A stretch of 63,735 nt of DNA, the filler included, from Platydemus manokwari (taxonomy: Eukaryota): the NCBI GenBank assembly GCA_037951405.1. It is 6 parts of 6 records of this genome, joined end to end, with 100 filler letters (N's around TTAATTAATTAA, not from the genome) between each part and the next. Parts side by side here need not be neighbours in the genome. Positions count along the whole stretch, not along the records: positions 46,656 to 56,558 come from JBBMOY011190988.1; positions 56,659 to 63,735 come from JBBMOY011360093.1; 4 more parts are not named here. One strand, 5' to 3'. Under the pieces are notes generated by a model that searched no databases, had not been told where the DNA came from, and was given only the letters and a program-made list of their open reading frames with translations. A program made the translations under genes and the position numbers. How positions within the stretch are numbered: position 1 is the stretch's first letter; each line of letters starts with the position of its first letter. This document shows, piece by piece, positions 52,454-63,735 of this stretch.

Positions 52454-54420
52454 TTGAAATATTTCAAGCCACTGGAATTATGTAATTTTACTACATTAAA
52501 ATTAAACTCTATAATGCTTTTGCACTTGCTCAACTTAATGTTAGACTCTTATCAAAGACTTAGAAAAGAATATGCTCAGCGAGATGACGGGCTTAATTAT
52601 GCCCCAGTCACAGGAGACACTGAGATAAGCGATTTTCTGAAAAACCTAAATTTTATCCTCGTGGAAAATCTAAACTTACCTGGCAGGCGAGGCAATCGCG
52701 AAGGTTGTTCAGGCAAAAAAGAATTTTCCGAAAAGGTTGACAGATTTTATACCTCCAGTCCCCAGAAATACTCATATAAAAGCAATCCAAGGTCTGAAAA
52801 ACAAGGTTCAAGAGGCCAAAAAGATCAAAATTTTGAAAATCTCAGAAATATCCGAGAAATGGAAGATCAACTATTAGCCGACCTGGCAAAGATCGTAAAT
52901 GAGTACTTACAGAAGCAAAGAAGGTCAAAATCAAGGACCAGATATGACAAATCTAGGTCAAGATCCAGGAAAAGCTCTAAACCCAGATCATATGCTGACG
53001 CAACGAAATTCAATAAAAAATATAATGAAAATGATCAAAGAAATGATAAACAGAACATTAGACCCATTCTTATTGATGATGATGGCTTTCAAGAATTCAA
53101 ATATAAGAAACTTAAACACCAAAAGAATGATAGAAAAGTGGAAAAAATGGAAGAAATAAAGATAATCATCAATAATGATAAAAGACAGATTGAGCGCAAA
53201 GAAAAAGTGATCTCAAATAAATCTCTATCAATGAATTTAGACAAAAACACCAATACAATTAATATCCAAATCAAATGTGATAATTGTGAATATGCGAGGC
53301 CAAACATGTGGCAATTACACAAGTCAATTATTCAAGTTATTGGTCCAAGAGCCTCAAAAGAAACGATGGTGAAAAGGCAACGAAAAATGAAGAACATTGT
53401 ACCTACTAAAGAATCTGAGGAAAAGAAAGACAAAACGAACAAACTCGATAAGACAATAAATCCAGGTAATGATGTTGATATTGACAAATCGGAGTAGTCA
53501 ATATCCACTAATGCAACTTCAAAAATACCGAAAAACTCCAGAATTCCAATTACCGAGGGAGAAAAACAAACAAATCAAAGCATTGAAAGTATTGACTTCT
53601 CAACGGATACAAGGAGAAGCAGAAAATCCAGCGAACTATTTGCCAGTTCAAGTCAAAGGATAAGAACGCCAACTCCAATTAGGACCCCACTGAGCCCAAT
53701 CAAAGGAAGAAAGACCAGTGTGTTCCAGGATAAAAGCCAGTTGCTAATTGACCTCGAAAATAATTGATGGTATCGCACTGAGAGTGAAACCGGTACTTCA
53801 GAATATGACCCCTTGGTGTCAGACAATACGCATTGTTTTGGTTTTCCGTGACCAAATTGACAATTACATCAAAAACCGAATACCAGATGAAATTTTCTAT
53901 CTCCAATCATATAATACTGAAAGCATTGTTGTCCACCAACTTCATATCTCAGACTCGATGATATGCCAACAAACATTGAGCAGAATAAAAATCTTCCTGA
54001 TTCCTATTAATGTGAATAATACTCACTGGACACTACTGATTGGAAACAAGGATAATGGGATGGAAATCATTGATCCAACTGGAGACAACAGTTCTTTTCT
54101 ACTCAGTGCCTCGATCAAAGCGAACAAACTGATAGATTTTATCAAACAATACGAAGGATGGACTCATTCAGTACTAAGTCCTCCTCATAGTTACCAGTCA
54201 AGACAATGTCAGAACAACAATGTTGCCTGTGTACCATTTGTATGTAGTTATCCAGTAAATCTTGCCAACAATCGCAATATCAATGAAATCAATGCCATAG
54301 ACATTCAAATCGAGGTTATATAAGAAACTGAGAGAGACTGGAGTAAACCGAGAAATGTTGGAGGTGGTCATTCAGAAAAAATGCAAATCACCCAATACCA
54401 AGATGACCACCATTCACAGA
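52454..54420 (+). mobile_element. 5' portion of a Ulp1-protease-encoding non-LTR retrotransposon (NeSL/R5-like), degenerate
   Basis: Intronless, A-rich 347-aa ORF with a basic SR tract, SYADA and DDDGFQEFKYKK motifs, and a CDNCEY zinc-finger remnant. Frameshifted sequence then leads to a C48/Ulp1 protease core: IFLIPINVNNTHWTLL...IIDP...QCQNNNVACVPFVC (His-Asp-Gln-Cys in the expected order). No RT follows. The clade is inferred from the domain combination; a Ulp1-bearing DNA transposon is not excluded. Confidence 0.65.
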
Positions 54421-56558
54421 AAAGCATATATGTTTATTGCGAAATGTTTGTTGTATTATTAATTGGTGTTTTCTTCATCTGAAATATATTCTCTATCATT
54501 AAAGTATTTCAATTTAATCAAAACAAATAACCACTTTTCAGGAAAGAGTTGGATATTGACAGGATAGATATTGCTTGGGTTTTATAAAAATAGAATAGTT
54601 AGAATTTTAGGTTAACACAGTTACGTGATAAAACAATAGGATAATTATCTTATTGTCCAGATATATGAAGTTTATAAAAAGTTTATAATTTCCATGTTGA
54701 GGGACAAACTTATTTATATATCTCTCAACAATGACCATTCTTCCTAAATCAATTAAAATCAAAACGCTCTCTCAATCGTGTCAAATAAAATGATCAAATC
54801 AAACAAAAATTCCACTCATTTTGCTTATTATCAATCCCACCACATTAAATAACATCTTCTGCTAACAATGAAAAAATATATAATTTATTTATACTGTCAT
54901 CAACAATATTATTTTCATAAGGTTAAAGTTTTTTATTTTATTAAACGAAAATTACATCACATTATTACAGATAAAAGTTATTTTAATGGAATAAAAGGAA
55001 TAACCAGAAATAAGGACAATTGAAAGGAAGATTTTATTCTGACAAGAAAAGATCAGACTTCTCGTTAAAGTGATAACAATGCATAGTTGGTAGAAACAAA
55101 AGAAACGAAGGAGATAAATGAATAAATGAATTTTGTTCAATGAATGAAACACATTTAGGAGGGCATTCAAATAGTTTCGGTCCTGAGCTGAGAATATTTT
55201 TGAACTATTGAATAGATTTTGAAAAATTTCATGTGAAATTGTAAGAGGTTGAATGTGATAAAAAATGTTGGGGCTGCTTGGTATAGTAAGCAGAAACCAT
55301 CTTATCTAGATGAAACCAAAAAAATAATAAGTTGTTTCTAACTGAGATATATTTCGTATTATACAAGGATTTGCAAACACGAGGGCAATAAAAGTCTTAT
55401 TTGCACAAAAGCTGATCTTGTCATTTCATAAATCTGCTTCTTGTCTTACTATTTGAATATTTTTTTTAAAAAAGCAGTCGTCAATTGGTAATCATTTCGT
55501 TAATATCAGTTCCAAATAACACCACTGTTCAGTAAACATTGCATACATTATCTTGGAATTAATAGAGTGTCAAGTCCATAATTAACTTTTAATTTCTATT
55601 TCGATAAATTATTTATTTAAAATAATTTTAATTCATTTAAACAAATTTCTTTTTATTTATTTATTTTATTTTGTTATTTATTTTTAGTAATTAGTATTAT
55701 TTCATTTTAATATTATTTATTTATTTTCGGTTTATTAATATGCTGTCTTCAATTATGGGTGTATTACAAAGTGTTTTACAGAAGTTGTAAATAAATTTTA
55801 CCATTCCTCAAAGTTCTGGGAGCAGTGGTGACCGTAAGAGCTGGAGAAAACAAACAAAATATCAATATTAGTGATTTGTTGCGCATGATCCTCAGTATAT
55901 TATTATAAACTTATGAATGATTTTGAAATATGATAAAAATAAAATAAATTCCCCATTATAAACAATGGATTTAAATATGAATGATTTTTTATATCAAATG
56001 TATAAATAATGAACTTAAAATAACATTCAGAAATAATATTTTAAAAATCATTTGAAAATAAAGTCAATACGACCAACAGAAAAAATCACAGAAATATAAT
56101 CAATAATGATAAAGTTAAGAAATTCAAACTACAGACAAATGATGTTAAAAATATGAAGACGTAAAAATTTAGAAATCTGAAAAAGAAATGAAAAATACAT
56201 ATGATATTTATGATGAACTAACTAGAATAATTACGAAATAAACAATATCGATATTTAGAAATTAAATTTCTTCTTTTATCAACTAGAAATTAATAAAAAT
56301 ACCAAATAGAGGGAGACTATGGAACTAATAGAAGAGTCCCAAATAACAATAAAAATAAATAAATAAAATTTCAAAGTAGCAAAAGAAGACAATTTTGACA
56401 TGGCTAAACTTCGCCGTTCTCGGGACATTATCTTGCGTGTCTTGTCGCCAAACTTCTGCTTTAAATATCTTCCTTCGTGTTAATAAATTCAATTTATTTC
56501 AAGTCATGTGATAACATTTTTAATAACTCGTATGAAATATATGTGTGTGTGTATGTGC

Positions 56559-56658
56559 NNNNNNNNNNNNNNNNNNNNNNNNNNNNNNNNNNNNNNNNNN
56601 NNTTAATTAATTAANNNNNNNNNNNNNNNNNNNNNNNNNNNNNNNNNNNNNNNNNNNN
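56559..56658. other. Artificial contig spacer, preceded by a short (TG)n tract
   Basis: N44-TTAATTAATTAA-N44. Confidence 0.98.
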
Positions 56659-59600
56659 CAATGGTAATTCTGATACTAAACTAAAATAAAAATTAGTAAT
56701 TTCAAAACTGATATAAACATAATATTTAAGAAATCTATGATTTTTCACCAAATGATAATAGTAGTGAATGCTTGACTTTTATTTCTATTTTTCAAAACAT
56801 ATTTTAATCCAAATCAGCTATTAAATCTACGAGGAATAGTGAAATCCAGATGAAACAAGAAATGTAATTATAAAGTGAAGTTAAATATAATTAAATTATA
56901 TTAGAAATTATAGAGATATTACATCAAGTATTTTTCAGAAATTCTAACCTACTTATGAAAGATTGAAAATATTTTTATAATATATCCGCAAAATATTTTA
57001 ACATTTTTGAAAGATGTTTTAAATTATCAAAAATCGTTGAGAATACATTGAAAAATTTAAAATTAAAACAATAAACAATCCTTTAAAACAAAAATTAGGC
57101 TCGAAAAATAGGTATTGATAAATACAAAAATCAAATTTCTAATATTAGTTAAAGAATAAACATAAAAAATAAAATGAAGTTGAAACCTTAGGAAGATACA
57201 ACAAAATAAAGAAATCTTCTAAACCGAGCTTTATAATTACAATATATTATTTTGTACTAATTTTCGTTTTGAAAAAAATAAAAATTTTAAACACCTATCA
57301 GTGTATTCCATATTAGCTTTAAATCCTTTGAGGATTAAAGGATAGGAAATAATTGAAATGAATATTTCAAATTCTTCAGTATTTGCCAGTAATTTACACT
57401 TACCAAAATTATATTCTCAATTCAAAGGAATACAATGCAGAATTTATTAATTACACAATTTTCAATCAATCAAAATCCAATTAATTCACTCTGTAGTTTG
57501 ACTCAAATTGATGATTTTAAAAACATGTTGGAAAGGGCATAATTAAAGTTAGAATGCTTATTAATGATTCTCAAGGTTACTGATTTAATTATATTTATTC
57601 TTTCATTTATTTATTTCACTCACATTACCGTATTTTAACAACAACCATAGATCATGCAGTCAAATTACTCAATAATTAATAAAATTCTAAACCATATAAA
57701 CCGATTAAATCTTTCAAAATGTATAGATCTTTAAGGTTATAGTCATGATATTTCGATCTCAGCAAGATGGCAGCACTTATTGTTAATAAATTTGTAGTTT
57801 GAACTGAACTGTGTAGAAAACGAGAGCATAAATTTATCATCAACAACTCATGCTGTTGAGTTTTCCAATCATCTTGAACATTCAAAACCAAACAAACAAT
57901 AGGACTACCAAAGACTGAAGAACAGTTTTCACTTTAAGTTTCTGTGTAAGTGTAAAGAAGATTTTAAAATACAGAAATACTATTTTATATCAATACATGT
58001 AGTTAAACGTCATGATTGATTATGATCTCGATGAAACCCAATTAAATCTGTTTCAAATATTTACCGTTATGTCGACAATCTATCTGAGCTAATTTATTTC
58101 CCTCTACTAACCATGGAAGGATTTAATTTCATTAATTTTCTTGTCACCGTCGATTAGTAGATTAGTAATAGGCATAGTAATTAATTCATATTATTTATTT
58201 CTATAAAACTTATCATGTACAGAAGGTTATTGCAGTTCGCTCTATGTATATTTAATTCCATAAATATTTATCCTGTATATATTACTAACATGCTGTAAGC
58301 TATTATGTCAAAACGATTTATCAAAATTGAAAGATATAGCATATAAGTCAATCACATCATTGCAGATCTGAGAGAATTAATCACAATAGTGGGAATTTAA
58401 TATATCAGTTAATCACATCACTGGAAACCTGAGAAATATCGAAACGGTTGTAATAATGACATTAATCACACAACCAGTGAATTAGCTGTAACATCAATGA
58501 TTGGTATAAAGTTGATTGATCACATTTGGTACATGTATCCGGGGAGTGATATTTCTCTAATCGTTACGCTCCGTACACTAATTTCATGCTATGGTGGACT
58601 GCATTGCTTACTCATAAGGTTTGTCATAACAGTTATTTCACGGATAGTGTAGTTTAGATAGTCAGAACTTTGTCTGTGTCCCAAGAATTTGGACGGTGTC
58701 GTAAATAGCTTCATTCTAAATACATCGTTTAAAATTAATAAATGAAGAAAATTAAATTCTTGAATTACATCTCTCTAAAATTTCGGTAGACATGGAAATA
58801 TGATAATGAAAAAAGCATGTTTTATAAATGAATGTTTTAGGTTTTTGCTTATTCGAGGACTTTGAAGCAGTTAGAACTCAATCATACATTGAAACTTTTC
58901 TCTAATAAATCTCATGATAATGCAAATACAAAACAAGTACAAACCAAATTTATAATCGAGTACTAGATGTAATTCAAAAATATTCAAACCCGAGAAGAAA
59001 TATTTGGAATGCCATGATAGAAAAGTATTAAATTTATACAGGATTCAATTTTTTTTGTTTTGTTTATAAAATATCTTGGTACTAAATTCAGGATAACCAA
59101 ATAATTGCTGACACTAAAAATCTTGGGTTGCAGGCTTAATATCTATTACACGTACTAATCAGTAAGACTCTAAAACTCAATACAACATCTCAAAAATCCA
59201 ACCCATACTTGGCGTCCAACTAGCAGATGGACATCTTTATATCAATATTTATATTCGAGATCTGTATACAATTTTTGTATCGTGTTTTTATCACATTTTG
59301 ATTTGATCTTTAATTTCCCATGTTTCTATAGGCTTGTCGATTTTTGTATATGCGGGATTGATCAATATATATGTATGTGCGTTGTTATGCGATTATGTCC
59401 CTTTTTCAAATTATCGTTTCCTATCTAAGTCAGTTGTGATTGGTTATTACCATGCAAATGCATAATGTGCTGAAACAATGATTCCAAGGTGCAAATCCGT
59501 TGTTCTTTTCCAAGATTTCATCTCTACTCAACAAATACAGAGTTTAATCTTATGAGTTAGTGATTTCTGTAGTTAATTCATAAAATGAGATCGGCTAATT

Positions 59601-61360
59601 AAGTATTTGTGTACATCTTCGTCCAAGTCAATGTCCAAAACATTTTTGGAGATAATCGATTTTACCTTATCATATACGGTACCTATCTTTCAAAAAAAAT
59701 TGTAAAACATCTGTATTTGTTTGCCTCAATTATCGCTATTTTGAATTTAATTACTTCCAAAATAGTAAAGAAATCGACTGAAAATAATTAGTTTCTTTTG
59801 GTTGTCATGACTACGTTGAAACATTTTACTAAACATGATTTGATTTCATCGGGAAAAAATGATTCTGGCATGCATCTTCCAAGAAACTCATTAAATAATT
59901 GAAATAACTCTGGAAATTTTGTAATTATATAAAATCGAATCCTATTAAAAGTGGAAATTTAATTCATTAGAAAAAATAATTCCTCGTGAAAGAAATAATT
60001 AATTCTAAAATTAAATCATCGGTTCGGATTTCGAATTTATTTTTCCAAAAAAATTTGATAAGATAAATGGCATTTTACATCTTTAAATATAAATAAATTC
60101 GAATTTTATTTCTGTAAATTAGAACCCGTTATATTCGATTAATTATTCAGGTAATGTAAGTAATTCCTATTCAATGAAAATATACATGTTCAACTGGACT
60201 ATAACTTTATAGATTTATTGCTTTGACAAGAAATCATGATTTCATTTAATACTGTTATCAGATCATTATATTTTCGTATCCAATTGGCAATGAGTTATTT
60301 GAAAACTATGAAATTCGATCTGATAATATATATATTTTGAAATTATATAATGATAACGAAATCAACGAAATAAACAAATTATTTCTACTACAGATGCAAA
60401 GTAATAAAAATCATGTTTATTTATTAAAGGCAATTTTTTTGATACCTTTCAAAATATTTATTGAGAATACTTCCTCTGGTCATTCCAGATTTTATCGGTT
60501 TGGCTGCAGTTAACTAATTATAGTTACTCCCACGTTCTCTTCTCCTATCATCAGACATAGCTATATCATATATGAAGGCTTTTTCAATTTATCACTATTA
60601 CTAAGATCGTCGGTACATAAATATTTTTTAATAAATCATATGAAATAAATTAGTTTCCTATTTAGATTATCCAATCTCCAGGACAATGTGATAAATCCCT
60701 AACTAATTTTCTATAACTAAAGAAGTTAAAACCACCGACAAAATCAGCAATTCACTAAGCTGTCTTAATTTAAATAAGTGAATGTTTCGGTTTGATATTC
60801 TTTATGCAATTATGAATAATACCTTTATTTTTGTCATCGATTTTTGACACGGCAATCCAGCAAAACATTCGTGACACCGAAATCGAATAAAAAATTGAAA
60901 TACATAATTTTATATATAATTAAAAACTTAGTTTGAGGCTGTGATTTATAATACTTTAATGTTCATGGTAAATTATAAGGAAATTTTAGGTTCGGAATTA
61001 AGAAAACAAAACGTACCAGATTAATTACAGAAAATACAGCTAATATATTGACGGAATTTAATTTAGGTAATTATTCCTATTCAAATCAAAGATTTACTGC
61101 CGATGATTTAAGCGAATTTAAGTAAAGATAGTTAGGAACAGACTATTGATGTTTTACCAAGAATCTGATCACTAACAGCTAATTAAGTGCATGTAAGTGA
61201 ATCAATCGATAATGAACAACAATAGATAATATAAAATCTATTCAATACAATAAAGTTCTTCTGTCCGAAACATAGTCGAAAAATCGACGTAAGGATCTAG
61301 GTGCTGTCATCTAAAATTAAAATCGATTGGGATACTGCAAAATAATGCTAGCGTACCTGA

Positions 61361-61503
61361 AAGCCGCTTTTATTTTATAAAACACATTGAATATGAACTG
61401 AAAAGTCACGACACCGAATTATTTATTTAAATGCAATTTTTATATAAATATGATTTTATATAAAATTTGAATCAAATCTTTAAAAATATAATTCAATTAA
61501 AAA
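61361..61503. repeat. MITE family B, partial inverted copy
   Basis: AAGCCGCTTTTATTTTATAAAACACATTGAATATGAACTGAAAAGTCACGACACCGAATTAT...AATTCAATTAAAA is a reverse-complement match to 22558-22720 and to the right half of 22051-22345. Confidence 0.65.
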
Positions 61504-63735
61504 TCTCGATATAAATTCCGAGGCAAACCGGTATAAGATTCCCATTACTTGAATTGTCGAAGCAAAAGGCATGAAGACTGAGGTGCAGATTAATTTAAAG
61601 CCAAAACCGAAATATTCGATTGTTAATTGATGCTATATAATGATCCTCTTGTGTAGATTCATGGTTCTGTTTGAGAATATCTATGGTAGTGCCATGATAA
61701 TGAGTTTTCTTTCAATTGAAATTTGATTAATTAATACTTAAACCCACATTTGAACTAACCCTAACCCTATATTTGATTGCCTATGCATTTGTGTGTGCTT
61801 AATGATCCTATGAGATTATATCTAAGAATACAGCTATTGTCAAATTATTGTCTTTCGAGTTGTTGATACCCTCAAATCCCTAAATTGATTCAGATTTCAA
61901 ACCTATCTCGGAGTTTATGATCTTTACCTTCTTTTTTCATCGCATCTATTAATCTTTTCCTTCAGATTATATAAAATAAATTATATAAATATTTGAAAAG
62001 AATAAAAATGATAATAGTAAAAGTATTGCGGGCTTTGCGGATTAGGATTACAAATGGATTGTTGATAAGGGTTGTATATTAATAAATATTAGTTATAGAC
62101 AGGGATTTATAGACTCCAATTTTGAATAAGAATTGAGATTCGTGTTGTGGACCTCAACAATATTATTATTCGTTAAAAATTAATAGAAAATATATTTCAA
62201 TGTTTTAAGCTTTACTTCCATGTTTATTCGTTATTTTATCATGAAAACCGTTACAAATTACTTTATTCCGAAAGCCGTTTTTATTTCTTTCACCTTGATG
62301 AATTGAGAAGTATTTAATTTTTAAGCATTTCTAAATCTATAACAAAATCGTTTCATTCTCAATAAAATTAACTGATGGGAATGAAACTGTATGCAAAAAC
62401 AGACCGAGAAATTAAATTGCTTCTTGCAATAAATCGAAGTTTATCCATCACCAAATTACAATCTTTTATATTTTTAAAAGAAAAAGAAGTCGTTTTTATT
62501 TTAATTATAAACTATAAGAAAAATGAAGTGAAATTCATACAGACTTAAAAGCACATTATATCGGATTCAATCAGAATAATGTATTTTATAAAATGCCGAT
62601 TGTTTTTTTTTTAAAAAAAATGGTGTATTTTTCATTTTCATTTAATTCATTTAAGGACTCAGTGTTAAATTTTTCGTGAAATTCGTTTAAAGTAACTTGA
62701 AGTTTTTTATATATTTTTTCTTCGTTTTAGGTGTTCTACTATATCTAAAAGACAATAAGATTTGACCGATTAAAAAGAAACATTATTTTTACATTATTAT
62801 GAAATTCAATAATTTACTAGAAATTGGTTAAGAATTTACGACAGAGATGTCAACAGAATAATATAAATAAAAACAAAAATAATAAGAACCAGATGCAGCT
62901 TTCGGGAATCGGAACCAAATCTTGGTAATAACTTTAATCTAACTCTTATGCATGTTCATGTAATTATATATATGAAGGTGTACAGATTTAAAATATTAAT
63001 TCATTTTAAAAAATGCAAAAATTATATGTTCTGCATGTTTTCAATCTCTAAAATTAGATAAAATATTGTATAAGTATTTCAACATTTGAATGAATGGGTT
63101 TCATTAATATAAAACAAATTTAAGAAACCCAGCTGATGGAGTGAAATTTCAGTAGTCGACGTAGCATGATTTTAATTATAGTCAATAAATTGCTGAAGTT
63201 TTTAATAATTATTTACGATTTTTAATATCTTCTTTTCTTATAATCAACCCTAACATAATTTGTTTAGCTTTTTTATTTTTATAAAAATTGGAGAGTTTCT
63301 ATTGATGAAATATGATTGCTCTAAAGTCTAAACCAATATGAATAGCTATCCAAATAGCTATCAAAATTGATTCTCTTTTACTCATAAATATTTTCATCGA
63401 ATTACCAACGAATTATTCCATTTTACTTTTGATTTAAATTTGCTTCAATAATAGCTAAGTACCTTCTTGCGTTGATATTCATCGGGAATATTTTTTCACC
63501 ACTCTGCTATTAATAGCATCTATTGTATACCTTCTAATTCTATTATAATCATAATTGAGTTGAGATTAGATGCATAACCTTTTCCTAATACATAACTTAT
63601 TTTCATACATTCATATTTATATTGTGATATTCAAATGTGAAACCGGTTTACAATCTACCAAAATATATTTCGAAAATGTCAATGCAAAATATATTTTATT
63701 CTTCTGATTATTTTGATTTCTCAAATTAATTTTAT

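Noticed and set aside
61755-61769. Telomere-like TTAGGG/CCCTAA hits (also near 36487 and 39179)
   Set aside because: Only about two units each; too short to call interstitial telomeric arrays.
56659-63735. Protein-coding genes in the last contig piece
   Set aside because: Only short motif-less ORFs and no convincing exon chain; small exons of a large gene cannot be excluded.

Overview
Very AT-rich eukaryotic DNA with many 42-61 nt GT-AG introns, most consistent with a flatworm (planarian-like) draft genome; the taxon is inferred, not shown. Five artificial 100-nt spacers (N44-TTAATTAATTAA-N44) split the window into six pieces, so adjacency across them is unproven. Splice models were worked out by eye. 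Complete genes: BRE1/RNF20-40 H2B ubiquitin ligase (11 exons, ~913 aa), an intronless RJL-family small GTPase without a J domain, a divergent TFIIB (~310 aa), mitochondrial GrpE and ILF2/NF45. Partial genes: three exons of a doublecortin-domain gene, and a second, more divergent TFIIB-like gene facing the first on the same contig piece. Mobile DNA: a decayed mariner, the 5' portion of a Ulp1-protease-bearing non-LTR retrotransposon (NeSL/R5-like), two MITE-like families and fainter relics. The best novelty candidate is the pair of TFIIB paralogues with open frames, shared intron positions and replaced promoter-contact (BRE) residues. Next are the stand-alone RJL GTPase and a spliced-leader-like 3' end upstream of the NeSL-like element.
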